NCBI GenBank assembly: GCA_905182445.1
Contig: CAJJBM010000012.1
Span: forward strand, 1 to 45,023
Reading direction: 5' to 3'
DNA from: Pelagibacteraceae bacterium AG-422-B15
GTDB lineage: Bacteria; Pseudomonadota; Alphaproteobacteria; Pelagibacterales; AG-422-B15
Length of the DNA: 45,023 bases
In this document: piece after piece, positions 20,124 to 29,753 of the stretch
Position numbering within the stretch: the first letter of the stretch is position 1
How the letters are laid out: each line of letters opens with the position of its first letter
Made by a program: the position numbers and the translations under genes
The notes under the pieces: model-generated
Database searches by the model: none
Seen by the model: only the letters and a program-made list of their open reading frames with translations
What the model was told of the DNA's origin: nothing

Positions 20124-21053
20124 TTATTCAACAGCAAAAGTTACAAGTGGTCGTTCAATAAATACTGCACATGAATATGTAAGATTATCAGAGGAATCAT
20201 TATATTTCAACCACTTTGCTGCAACTGCATTAGTAACATCAAAAGTCATTTTCACAGTTGGATTAACATCTGTAGTTTTAGTATAAGTCTCATTCAGTCT
20301 ATAGATTAACGCAAAAGTTGAAGCATCTGCATCAATTCCACTTTGCCATATTAGTGGTGCTATGGGTGTTGAATAATTATTCGTGAATGTATAGTGCGTG
20401 CCTTTTTGCAAACCTAAATCATCAAAAAACTTAATGTTCAAATTAACTTCTGATCCACCTAAGGTAGTATTTGGTAAGTTGGCAGGGTTTGTTATATTAT
20501 TAACAAACGTATCGTTGCCAGGTCCTTGAGGCAAAGTAAATGCTTGTGAACTTGACGTGCTTGAAACTGCTCCTGCAACAAAATATATACTAGTATTAGA
20601 ACCAGTTCTAGTTGAGCAAGTTCGGTTTCCTGCAGTTATTTCATTAATGCCACTACCAATATTTGCTGCAGTTGTAGCTGTTACTGAAGCATTAAGATTT
20701 ATAGTGTTTGACATTGTTACTCTCATATATTTGTAACCAATATTCTTAGTTATTCCAGCTGAGGTATTTGAATAGCTACAGGCATTGGTGTTTGCTGAAG
20801 CTGTTGCGGCAATATCACAACCACCAGTCATAGTTTTGTTAAATGTATAGTCATTACTACCTGTACAAATACCTGTTGCCGGATTGAAATCTTCACACAT
20901 CTGCATACTTTGTACATCGAACTCCATTTGAGTCGGCGTTCCATAAACAACATAAGGACTATCCAAAGGCAGAATTCTAAGATAAGCCTCCGCAAATACA
21001 TTTGATGAAGTTAAAGTAAATATTGCAATTAAAATAATTTGAATTTTTTTCAT
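20124..21053 (-). CDS. secreted Thr/Asn/Ser-rich hypothetical protein with 6 Cys; putative partner of the adjacent inverse autotransporter barrel
   Basis: Signal peptide MKKIQIILIAIFTLTSSNVFA, beta-strand-like alternation. Starts 2 bp after the barrel gene's stop, with AGAGGA SD inside the barrel's last codons. Confidence 0.85.
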   Translation of the reverse strand: MKKIQIILIAIFTLTSSNVFAEAYLRILPLDSPYVVYGTPTQMEFDVQSMQMCEDFNPATGICTGSNDYTFNKTMTGGCDIAATASANTNACSYSNTSAGITKNIGYKYMRVTMSNTINLNASVTATTAANIGSGINEITAGNRTCSTRTGSNTSIYFVAGAVSSTSSSQAFTLPQGPGNDTFVNNITNPANLPNTTLGGSEVNLNIKFFDDLGLQKGTHYTFTNNYSTPIAPLIWQSGIDADASTFALIYRLNETYTKTTDVNPTVKMTFDVTNAVAAKWLKYNDSSDNLTYSCAVFIERPLVTFAVE

Positions 21054-21055
21054 GA

Positions 21056-21976
21056 TTAAGATCCTCTTACTATTACTGCACCGCCAGGTTGAGCAACTTT
21101 TTCAGTGACAATTTTGTTTGTTCTTCTTACTTTATGTAACATTTGACCTGACATATTTTTCTCTGGGAACATATGTTCAGTAATTGTGTGTGTAACAATT
21201 GTTTGTTTAAATTCGTTTGCAGGCCATCTTAAAGTAAGTTTCCAAAAATCTTCTTTACTACCTACATCTGGATCACTTTGACCTACTTCAAGAATCATAT
21301 TTCTTAATACTTGTGCTTCTAAGCTATAGCGTTTTCCCTTAGTATCAGTGCTAGTACCTGACCAAGCATAGTTATTATAAACCACTTTACCCCATGGCAT
21401 ATAAGGTAATTGACCAACAATATTAATATCATGGCCATTTAATACAGTCTCTGTAGTTGTACCATATTTAGATGTGTCACCTAATCTTTGATATTTATTT
21501 GCATAAATTTCAAAAGCACTTGTTAAATATTCAATTCCTAGACTTGCTCTTTGATGCTCTTGTTCAAACTCATGGTCATAGAATAAATTAATACCTAGGA
21601 TTGAATTATTATTTTGGGCCAGAGTTCTAAAGCCTAACCCAACATTTAACAGTGTTCTTTGATCACCATTTGCATACGGCTCATGATTTGCTAATCGAAG
21701 CTGAGTAAAATACAAATGTTTATTAGAAATTTTTGAATATGGATTCATTGCTAGCGGGCGAACAGCCAAGATAGAATACCTTAAGTCGTAATTATCTTGT
21801 GAATGAATAGTGATTTCAGTATCACCTTTACCAGGCAATGCTGATGTAATCGTCTCACCTAATTTATTAAGTGTATGATTTATACCGTCTTGTAATACAT
21901 CTTCTGCATTAACTACGTAGAGCGAAGATAATATTAAGGTTATTGAAATAAAAGTAATTTTTAATTTTTTAAACAT
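21056..21976 (-). CDS. stand-alone inverse autotransporter (intimin/invasin-type) beta-barrel domain protein
   Basis: Signal peptide; LNVGLGFR, ILGINLFYD, HQRASLGIEY, YANKYQRL, LNG.DI...GQLPY.PW, and linker KVRRTNKIVTEK (compare invasin-type V.R.N.IVLE). The protein ends 13 residues after the linker. Confidence 0.87.
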   Translation of the reverse strand: MFKKLKITFISITLILSSLYVVNAEDVLQDGINHTLNKLGETITSALPGKGDTEITIHSQDNYDLRYSILAVRPLAMNPYSKISNKHLYFTQLRLANHEPYANGDQRTLLNVGLGFRTLAQNNNSILGINLFYDHEFEQEHQRASLGIEYLTSAFEIYANKYQRLGDTSKYGTTTETVLNGHDINIVGQLPYMPWGKVVYNNYAWSGTSTDTKGKRYSLEAQVLRNMILEVGQSDPDVGSKEDFWKLTLRWPANEFKQTIVTHTITEHMFPEKNMSGQMLHKVRRTNKIVTEKVAQPGGAVIVRGS

Positions 21977-22013
21977 AATAAAATAATGAGATTGATTGAT
22001 TTTTATAATCGTG

Positions 22014-22041
22014 AAACTAGATGATTAACTTAGATTGTCAA
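22014..22041 (-). promoter_or_regulatory. putative sigma70 promoter of the barrel-partner operon
   Basis: Minus strand TTGACA (22041-22036), 16 bp spacer, TAGTTT (22019-22014). Confidence 0.5.
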
Positions 22042-22074
22042 ACACTTGATTATTTAAAAATTAATTAATAATTT

Positions 22075-23268
22075 TTAGTTCTTTCTGAGTCTTAGGGCAT
22101 TTAATTTAATAAAGCCTTCAGCATCTTGTTGACTATAAATATTGTCATCATCCTCAAATGTAGCTAAGCCATTGTTATATAGTGAAAAAGGCGATTCTCT
22201 ACCAGTGACCATTACATTGCCTTTATAAATTTTAATACGGACCCTTCCAGATACATTGCTTTGTGTCTGATCTATCATAGCTTGCAACATATCTCGCTCA
22301 GGTGAAAACCATAAACCATTATAAATTAATTTAGCGTATCTAGGGGCGATGTCATCTTTGGTGTGAGTCACTTCTTTGTCTAACGTTATACTCTCTATTG
22401 CTCTATGCGCGTGATATAGAATTGTTCCACCTGGCGTTTCGTAAACTCCTCGAGATTTCATTCCAATAAATCTATTTTCGACCAAGTCAATCCGACCTAC
22501 GCCATGCTTGCCACCAATAATATTTAATTTTTCAAGCAAGTTATAAGGGGACAAAGACTCATTGTTGATTGCACAAGCATCACCAGATTTAAAATCTATA
22601 ACTATTTCTTCAGGTTCATTTGGTGCATCAATTGGAGAAACTGATCTTGTATAAACATATTCAGGTGCTTCAACAAATGGATCCTCTAAAACTTTACCCT
22701 CAGCAGAAGAATGTAAAACATTAGCATCGATACTAAAAGGTTGCTCACCACGTTTATCTTTAGAAATTTCAATATTATGTTGATCGGCATATTTAACTAA
22801 TGCCGCTCTAGAATTCATATCCCAAATTCTCCAAGGACTTATGATTTCAATATCTGACTGATGATAATAATAACCAAGTTCAAATCTAATTTGATCATTA
22901 CCTTTGCCAGTAGCGCCATGCGCTACTGCATCAGCTTTAACTTGCTGAGCAATCTCAATTTGTTTTTTAGCAATTAGTGGTCTGGCAATGGCAGTTCCAA
23001 GTAGATAGTAACCCTCATACAATGCGTTGGCTCTAAACATTGGGAAGACATAGTCTTTTACAAACTCTTCTTTTAAATCTTCAATAAAAATTTCTGAGGT
23101 ACCTTGTTGTTTTGCTTTAGTTTTAACTGCCTCAAAATCTTCCTCTTGACCTAAATCTGCTGTAAACGTTACTACTTCACATTGATAGTTTTCTTTTAGC
23201 CATTTTAATATTACCGAAGTATCTAAACCGCCAGAATAAGCTAAAACAACTTTATTTACTTTCTTCAT
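22075..23268 (-). CDS. argG: argininosuccinate synthase
   Basis: [36 protein letters not shown]. Confidence 0.98.
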   Translation of the reverse strand: MKKVNKVVLAYSGGLDTSVILKWLKENYQCEVVTFTADLGQEEDFEAVKTKAKQQGTSEIFIEDLKEEFVKDYVFPMFRANALYEGYYLLGTAIARPLIAKKQIEIAQQVKADAVAHGATGKGNDQIRFELGYYYHQSDIEIISPWRIWDMNSRAALVKYADQHNIEISKDKRGEQPFSIDANVLHSSAEGKVLEDPFVEAPEYVYTRSVSPIDAPNEPEEIVIDFKSGDACAINNESLSPYNLLEKLNIIGGKHGVGRIDLVENRFIGMKSRGVYETPGGTILYHAHRAIESITLDKEVTHTKDDIAPRYAKLIYNGLWFSPERDMLQAMIDQTQSNVSGRVRIKIYKGNVMVTGRESPFSLYNNGLATFEDDDNIYSQQDAEGFIKLNALRLRKN

Positions 23269-24362
23269 ACTTGTAATCTACTTATACTTTTTCTAATTTT
23301 GATACTATCAGATTTGAGTTGGCCACATGCCGCCATGATATCTTGTCCTCTAGTTTTCCTTACAGGACTTGAGTAACCTGCATCATTTATAAAGTCACCA
23401 AATTTTTTAATTTGATTATTACTAGAACATTCATAAGGAGAATCTGGCCAGGGATTAAATGGAATAAGATTAATTTTTGCTGGTATGCCTTCGATTAAAT
23501 CAACTAGCGCTTGTGCATCCTCTAAACTGTCATTTACACCTTTTAACATAACATACTCGAAGGTTATTCTGCGTGAATTTCTAGATCTAGGATAATCACG
23601 ACACGCTTTTATAAGCTCTTTTAGTGGGTATTTTTTATTTATAGGAACAATTTCATTGCGCAATTCATCATTAGTTGCATGTAAAGAAATGGCAAGCACT
23701 GTATCTACCTCTTTACCCCATTCTAATATTTGAGGAACAATACCTGAGGTACTCAATGTGATTCTTTTTGTAGAAAGTTTAATACCTTCTTGATCTGAAA
23801 ATATTTCAACTGATTTTTTTACTGCATCGTAATTATATAAAGGCTCACCCATGCCCATGAAAACAATATTAGAAATTTTTCTATTTTCATTTGCTGGCCA
23901 ATCTTTTAGTTGATCGCGTGCTATCATTAATTGTGAAACTATCTCTTCAGTAGATAAATTCTTTACTAACTTTTGCGTACCGGTATGACAAAACTTACAA
24001 TTAAGGGTGCAGCCTACTTGTGATGAAACACATAAAGTACCTCGACTATCTTCTGGTATGTAAACAGTCTCAACTAAATTTCCATCTTCTAATTTTATTA
24101 ACCATTTAATTGTACCATCAGTTGAACATTGCTCTTTATCAAGTTCTGGTCTTTTCAATGTGAAAACTGTTTTTAAATCTTCTCTTAGATCAATAGATAT
24201 TGATGTCATATCATCAATATTTGTTACACCATGAAAATAAAGCCAATGCCAAATTTGCTTAACTCTAAAATTTTCATTTAGCTTAATTAAATCAGCATCA
24301 ATAAGAACTGATTTAATTTGATCTCTACTAAGACCAATAATATTTGTCTTAAGATTTGTCAT
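23265..24362 (-). CDS. rlmN: dual-specificity RNA methyltransferase RlmN
   Basis: [13 protein letters not shown] radical SAM motif, FMGMGEP, AACGQL. Confidence 0.98.
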   Translation of the reverse strand: MTNLKTNIIGLSRDQIKSVLIDADLIKLNENFRVKQIWHWLYFHGVTNIDDMTSISIDLREDLKTVFTLKRPELDKEQCSTDGTIKWLIKLEDGNLVETVYIPEDSRGTLCVSSQVGCTLNCKFCHTGTQKLVKNLSTEEIVSQLMIARDQLKDWPANENRKISNIVFMGMGEPLYNYDAVKKSVEIFSDQEGIKLSTKRITLSTSGIVPQILEWGKEVDTVLAISLHATNDELRNEIVPINKKYPLKELIKACRDYPRSRNSRRITFEYVMLKGVNDSLEDAQALVDLIEGIPAKINLIPFNPWPDSPYECSSNNQIKKFGDFINDAGYSSPVRKTRGQDIMAACGQLKSDSIKIRKSISRLQV

Positions 24363-24374
24363 TTAATTTTATAT

Positions 24375-24896
24375 TTATGAGCAAGCTTTATTGATTGCTT
24401 CAAGTGCTTTAGTAAAACCAATTAATGAATAGGTATCTGTGATCTTAGTATTTCTTGTTGAAATACTTTTAACTTTTACTCTAGAACCTTTTCTCATTTG
24501 CTGAATAATTTTTTTTTCTAATTTTGTCTCTTCAACCCAAGCACCTTCTCCTGCTGTAAAAAGTTTATGAGCTGAATCTCCAATAATCATTGTTGCATTA
24601 GACCCCAATTTAAATGGGAACCCTGCTTGTACACTTGGCTCATTAAATACTTTTTCATTTGGCATATTGGTAATCATTAAGGCCGCTGAGCCACGATTTA
24701 AATTATCTGGTGAAGTGGAGATTGGATTCGATGACATAAAACATATTTTTTGATCTCCATTTTCAGAAACTCTAGCCATCCAAGCCTTACCAGATCCGTA
24801 CTCTCCAATTAGTTTAGAATCAACAATACCAAAGGCATTCACAGAAGTTGCTAGTAGAAATATTGCAATTAGTTTAGTATAAAATCTCATATTCAA
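24375..24896 (-). CDS. invasion-associated locus B (IalB) family periplasmic protein (start may be 24890)
   Basis: Signal peptide, W......KICF, MRKG, DTYSL.GFTKA....KAC. Conserved position upstream of rlmN. Confidence 0.85.
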   Translation of the reverse strand: MNMRFYTKLIAIFLLATSVNAFGIVDSKLIGEYGSGKAWMARVSENGDQKICFMSSNPISTSPDNLNRGSAALMITNMPNEKVFNEPSVQAGFPFKLGSNATMIIGDSAHKLFTAGEGAWVEETKLEKKIIQQMRKGSRVKVKSISTRNTKITDTYSLIGFTKALEAINKACS

Positions 24897-24922
24897 TAAT
24901 TTATATATCGGGAATTAACATA

Positions 24923-25939
24923 ATGAAAGCAATAGTTTGTAAAGAATTTGGACCTCCAAGTGCCCTTGTTTTAGAGGATATGGAGCCACTTTCTCCTAAG
25001 AAAAATGAAATATTAATAAATATTCATGCAGCTGGAGTTAATTTTCCTGACACTTTAATTATTAAAGACATGTATCAATTTAAACCAACATTACCATTCA
25101 CCCCTGGTAATGAAATTGCAGGTGTAATTAGTGAAATTGGTGAGGGTGTTACAGCTTACAAGGTAGGTGATGAGGTTTTGGCTATGCCAACGTTTGGTGG
25201 GTATGCCGAGCAAATTATTGTCTCACCAAATCAAGTTTACAAAAAACCTTCTAATATGGACTTTGCCACAGCCGCTTGTTTTACAACTACATACGGAACA
25301 TCGCACTACGGATTAAAAGACAAAGCTCAATTAAAGCAAGGTGAAATTGTTTTAATTTTAGGGGCCTCCGGTGGTGTGGGTATTTCAGCAATTGAAATAG
25401 CTAAAGCAATGGGTGCAAAAGTTATTGCCGCGGCTTCTACTGATAAGAAGCTTGCGGTCTGCAAAGAATATGGTGCAGATGAATTAATAAATTATGGTGA
25501 TTATGATTTATCAGATAGAGATCAGGTTAAATTATTTAGAGCAGATATTGCAAAAGCTTCTGGAGGAAAAGGTCCAGATATAATCTACGATCCATTGGGA
25601 GATAAATTTAGTGAGCCCGCGCTTAGAAGTATTGCATGGGGCGGAAGGCATCTTGTAATTGGCTTTGCTGCTGGTGAAATTCCAAAGATTCCATTAAATT
25701 TATATTTAGTTAAGGGCTGTTCTATGGTGGGAGTTTTTTGGGGTGCCTTTGCAATGCGTGAACCTCAAAATCATTTAGCTAATATGGAACAATTAACAAA
25801 ATGGCATGAAGAAGGTAAAATCAAAGCACCAATTACGCAAATGTTTCCATTAGAAAAAGCTGCTGATGCTCTTGACCATATTCTAGCAAGAAAAGCTGTG
25901 GGTAAAATTGCTCTCACAACTTCTTTTTATAAAAAATAA
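24923..25939 (+). CDS. NADPH:quinone oxidoreductase family (zinc-independent MDR)
   Basis: AAGVNFPD, PFTPGNEIAG, LGASGGVG, IGFAAGEIP, GVFWG. Confidence 0.92.
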   Translation: MKAIVCKEFGPPSALVLEDMEPLSPKKNEILINIHAAGVNFPDTLIIKDMYQFKPTLPFTPGNEIAGVISEIGEGVTAYKVGDEVLAMPTFGGYAEQIIVSPNQVYKKPSNMDFATAACFTTTYGTSHYGLKDKAQLKQGEIVLILGASGGVGISAIEIAKAMGAKVIAAASTDKKLAVCKEYGADELINYGDYDLSDRDQVKLFRADIAKASGGKGPDIIYDPLGDKFSEPALRSIAWGGRHLVIGFAAGEIPKIPLNLYLVKGCSMVGVFWGAFAMREPQNHLANMEQLTKWHEEGKIKAPITQMFPLEKAADALDHILARKAVGKIALTTSFYKK

Positions 25940-25941
25940 AT

Positions 25942-26835
25942 TTATATTTTAGAAATTTTTTGTCTAAAGGCCGCTTGAACCGTGTTTCTTAATAAACAGG
26001 CAATAGTCATTGGCCCTACTCCACCCGGAACTGGTGTAATTGCTGAAGCAACACTCATTGCATTAACATAATCAACATCTCCAACTAACATAGTTTTTGA
26101 GGTATCGGATGGGTTTTCTACTCTATTTATACCTACATCAATAACAACTGCTCCAGGTTTAATCCAATCTGCTTTAACCATTAATGGTCTACCTACAGCA
26201 GCAACTAATATATCCGCTTGACGTGTAATAGTTTCAATGTCTTTTGTTTTTGAATGTACCGTTGTAACAGTACATGACTCTTCTAATAGTAGTTGTGCCA
26301 TAGGCTTACCAACAATATTCGATCTTCCAATAATTACTGCATGCATTCCTGCTAAATTTGGAATATTTTTTTTAAGCATCAAATAGCAACCTAATGGTGT
26401 GCAGGGGACAAATGATTTTTTTAATAAATCACCACCAATTGAGTTACGCCCAACATTTAAAGCATGAAAGCCATCAGCATCTTTTATAGGGTCTATAGCA
26501 TCAATAATTACTCTTGAGTCAATATGTTCTGGTAAAGGTAATTGTACTAAAATTCCATTAACTTTTTTATCATTATTTAGTTGAGCTATTAGATCAATTA
26601 AATCTTTTTCAGAAATATCTTTATCTTTAATATGGTCTTCAATATCCATACCAATTTCTTTAGCCATTTTAGATTTTGTTCTTACATATACCTGGCTTGC
26701 TGGATTTTCACCAACTAAGACTACTGCTAAGCACGGATTAGTATTATATAAACTAACAAATTTTTCCACTTCTACTTTTGCTTCTGCACGTACTTCTGCT
26801 GCAATAATTTTTCCGTCTATAATAGTTGCTGTCAT
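25942..26835 (-). CDS. folD: methylenetetrahydrofolate dehydrogenase/cyclohydrolase
   Basis: [41 protein letters not shown]. Confidence 0.98.
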   Translation of the reverse strand: MTATIIDGKIIAAEVRAEAKVEVEKFVSLYNTNPCLAVVLVGENPASQVYVRTKSKMAKEIGMDIEDHIKDKDISEKDLIDLIAQLNNDKKVNGILVQLPLPEHIDSRVIIDAIDPIKDADGFHALNVGRNSIGGDLLKKSFVPCTPLGCYLMLKKNIPNLAGMHAVIIGRSNIVGKPMAQLLLEESCTVTTVHSKTKDIETITRQADILVAAVGRPLMVKADWIKPGAVVIDVGINRVENPSDTSKTMLVGDVDYVNAMSVASAITPVPGGVGPMTIACLLRNTVQAAFRQKISKI

Positions 26836-26843
26836 GAGTTTCC

Positions 26844-27125
26844 TTAAATATATAAATTAAATCGAATATAATCTTGTATAAATAATAAACATAAAACAAG
26901 AATAATAGGTGAAATATCAATGCCACCAAGATTGGGGATAATACGCCGTACAGGATTTAAGAGCGGGTCTGTTAATCTGCTTGTCGCATATAGAACTGTT
27001 ACCACGATCTTGTTCTGTGTATTAACAATATTAAATGCAATCAACCAACTCAAGACAATATTAATAATTAATATATAAAAATATATATCAATGACTCGGT
27101 ATAAAAGTAGTAAAATAGGTTCCAT
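26844..27125 (-). CDS. YggT family membrane protein
   Basis: [29 protein letters not shown]. Confidence 0.93.
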   Translation of the reverse strand: MEPILLLLYRVIDIYFYILIINIVLSWLIAFNIVNTQNKIVVTVLYATSRLTDPLLNPVRRIIPNLGGIDISPIILVLCLLFIQDYIRFNLYI

Positions 27126-27128
27126 GTT

Positions 27129-27821
27129 TTATATTTTCAATAAATAATTATCAAGAAAGTGATCTAACCACAAATTTATTTTTTTTCCATGTTTTAATCT
27201 TAAATTGAGCTGTTTTATTTGTGTTTGTGCGCCTGTTTCTTTTAACATATATCCAGCAAAATATAGCCATGCTAAATGCATTCTCAAATTTACTTCAGGA
27301 TGAAATTGAATACCATATGCATTTTGATACTGAAATGCTTGCTGATGAAATTTCGTGCCATGAGCTAAAATCTTACACGAATTGGGAACCGTGAAGCCTT
27401 CATTGTGCCACTGGAAAAAAGTTTTTTGTTGTTGAAAAATTTTTAATCCCTCTAAATTTGGAATAATCTCAAAAAAACCAATTTCGTGTGATCTATCGGT
27501 AGCTCTTTGCACAGTACCTCCTAAATTATTTGCCAACATTTGAGCCCCAAGACAGATTCCTAAAAAAGGTTTATTGGCCTCAAGGGCTACATTGATCCAG
27601 TCAGTTTCATATTTAATTGTAGTATTATTATCATTGGCGCTCATGGGCCCACCATAGATAATGGCTACATCATGATGATCCATATTATCGGGTAATTTCT
27701 CACCTAGCGAAGGCTTCCTTACATCAATCCTATAACCACGTTTTTTAAGTTTAAGGCCCACATCACCTATTGATGATCGTCTTTGATGTAAAATAATTAA
27801 GGCAGTTTTTTCTTTATTCAT
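27129..27821 (-). CDS. class I glutamine amidotransferase-like protein
   Basis: GGPMSAND, GICLGAQ, QWH.EGF, QFHPE (Cys-His-Glu triad). Confidence 0.9.
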   Translation of the reverse strand: MNKEKTALIILHQRRSSIGDVGLKLKKRGYRIDVRKPSLGEKLPDNMDHHDVAIIYGGPMSANDNNTTIKYETDWINVALEANKPFLGICLGAQMLANNLGGTVQRATDRSHEIGFFEIIPNLEGLKIFQQQKTFFQWHNEGFTVPNSCKILAHGTKFHQQAFQYQNAYGIQFHPEVNLRMHLAWLYFAGYMLKETGAQTQIKQLNLRLKHGKKINLWLDHFLDNYLLKI

Positions 27822-27841
27822 AACTTTAACTTAGCTTAAAG

Positions 27842-28612
27842 CTACATTGCACTAAGGCCACCATCAAGGACGATTTCAGCGCCTGTCATAAATTTTGATT
27901 CCTCTGATGCAAGATATAAAACCGCATAAGCAACATCATCCGTATCTCCAATTTTTTTGATTGGAATTTGGCGTGAAAGTTTTTCAATTGCACCTTCATC
28001 ACCAAAAGCTTGTTTCATAGGATCTAAAATTGGTGTATCTACAAAAGCGGGATGAATAGAATTACATCTTACATCTATATCCTTTTTGCCACAATATAGA
28101 GCAATTGATTTACTTAAATGTCTTACACCTGCTTTTGATGAATTATAAGCAGCAGTGTTCCATCCAGCAACAATGCCTGAAATTGAAGAAATATTAATAA
28201 TCGATCCAATCCCACTTATAGCCATATGAGGTAGTGCGTACTTGCAACCTAAAAAAACACCATCTAAATTGACAGCGTGTACTTTTTTCCAAACTTCAAA
28301 AGAAGTTGAAGCAATGTCTGCACCTAAGGATATACCTGCGCTATTAAGTAAAATATTAATACCGTTATATTCCTCCATAACTTCTGTTAATACAGTTTTC
28401 CAATTATTTTCATTAGTTACATCTAGCTCTTTAAAGCTATATGAGCCTTGATACTTTTTATCTATAAGTTGAGGAATTTGGTCTAGTGCTTTGTGGTTAA
28501 TGTCAGTAAATACAACTTTCGCACCTTCTTCCAATAGTAGCTTACCACTTGCCAACCCTAGCCCAGAAGCACCACCTGTTACTAGAGCGATTTTATTTTT
28601 TACTCGATCCAT
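27842..28612 (-). CDS. classical SDR oxidoreductase, 3-beta-hydroxysteroid/cyclopentanol dehydrogenase-like
   Basis: TGGASGLG, NSAG, NISS, YNSSK, VRCNSIHP, TGAEIVLDGG. Confidence 0.88.
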   Translation of the reverse strand: MDRVKNKIALVTGGASGLGLASGKLLLEEGAKVVFTDINHKALDQIPQLIDKKYQGSYSFKELDVTNENNWKTVLTEVMEEYNGINILLNSAGISLGADIASTSFEVWKKVHAVNLDGVFLGCKYALPHMAISGIGSIINISSISGIVAGWNTAAYNSSKAGVRHLSKSIALYCGKKDIDVRCNSIHPAFVDTPILDPMKQAFGDEGAIEKLSRQIPIKKIGDTDDVAYAVLYLASEESKFMTGAEIVLDGGLSAM

Positions 28613-28620
28613 AAAAAAAA

Positions 28621-29643
28621 TTAATTTAGCTTAGAAGAAATCCAAGTATTAGTATTGGAATTTTGCATAGAACTTGCATAACACTCTTGCATACTGTGTG
28701 TGCGTAAACCGTTTTGTCCTATAATAAGAAGATTATCATTTTCTCCTTCAACTATTGCATTGTTACCAAGTCTATCTTGTCGAACACATGTTGTAATATC
28801 TTTACTATCGTTAAAATCTATAACTGAAATAACGCCACCAAGACCGGCTATTGCAACTTTACCGTTAGATAAATTGATTGCACTTGTTAGAGTATTTTTT
28901 ACACCATTAAAATAATTTTTAAATTTAAATTTATTACCATCAATTAGGCTAGCGGTAATAATATTACCTGACATACCAATCAAAATTAATTCATTCTTAG
29001 AAATTAATAATGAAGACCAGAGAGAGCCTATGTACCCAGTTTCAAATATTGACCAGTTAAGTCCTTGATCTGAAGAGTGATAAAATAAACCTAATTCTCC
29101 GGTAACGTAAGCATCTTGATCATTAACCAAAACATTGTTTAAATGTGGTTGAAATTCATCTTCTGTCACAAAAAAATCTTGCCATGTATCCCCGCCATCA
29201 TTTGTAATTAATGATTTAGCGAAAGCACCTACTGCTATGCCAGAATTCTCATTAAACATAGAAATCGATAATAATGGAGCGTCAAAAATTTCATCTTGAT
29301 ATTGAATTGTCCAGCTTTGACCTTGGTCGGTAGTTTTCAAAATATAGGCATCATGGCCAGTAGCCCAACAAACATTTTTATTTACACAATCAATATCAGT
29401 TAATGTTTTAGTAGTTGGCACAATTGCTTGTTCCCAATTAACACCCAGATCATCTGAATAAATTATAATTCCATGAATGCCTACACCGATAATTCTATTA
29501 TCTGCTTTGTCAACAGCATTGATTAAGGTTTTATTATATTTACTGGAAACAGCCGCAAAGCCTGTATCTAAATTAAAATTAGAAGCAGATGCAATCGATA
29601 ATGTTACAAAGAAACTTATTAATGTTAATATTAGATATCTCAT
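28621..29643 (-). CDS. YCF48/BNR-repeat beta-propeller periplasmic protein (ATG 29643 preferred)
   Basis: Asp-box repeats SDDLGVNW, TTDQGQSW, TNDGGDTW, SSDQGLNW; W.Q..VPT...LT, GHD..IL and PHLN motifs typical of DUF1329-linked members; signal peptide. Confidence 0.88.
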   Translation of the reverse strand: MRYLILTLISFFVTLSIASASNFNLDTGFAAVSSKYNKTLINAVDKADNRIIGVGIHGIIIYSDDLGVNWEQAIVPTTKTLTDIDCVNKNVCWATGHDAYILKTTDQGQSWTIQYQDEIFDAPLLSISMFNENSGIAVGAFAKSLITNDGGDTWQDFFVTEDEFQPHLNNVLVNDQDAYVTGELGLFYHSSDQGLNWSIFETGYIGSLWSSLLISKNELILIGMSGNIITASLIDGNKFKFKNYFNGVKNTLTSAINLSNGKVAIAGLGGVISVIDFNDSKDITTCVRQDRLGNNAIVEGENDNLLIIGQNGLRTHSMQECYASSMQNSNTNTWISSKLN

Positions 29644-29704
29644 AAATATAGAAACCAAATTGATTAGAAGCGCAGTCTACTTTACTTTATTTATATTGAA
29701 AATA

Positions 29705-29736
29705 AAAAAAAGGCCTGATTATTCAGGCCTTTTTTT
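29705..29736. terminator. strong intrinsic terminator after DUF1329 (bidirectional architecture)
   Basis: aaaaaaa-ggcctga-ttat-tcaggcc-ttttttt, a perfect 14-bp inverted repeat. Confidence 0.92.
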
Positions 29737-29753
29737 ATTATATGCGTAGATAC

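Noticed and set aside
20124-21976. Single inverse autotransporter broken by a frameshift (pseudogene)
   Set aside because: The second ORF has its own SD and complete signal peptide, and both ORFs are intact.
20118-22074. Mobile element or integron cassette carrying the barrel-partner pair
   Set aside because: No integrase or transposase, and no direct repeats or attC-like structure found by eye.
24375-24896. IalB as evidence of a pathogenic or invasive lifestyle
   Set aside because: The family is widespread next to rlmN in free-living alphaproteobacteria.
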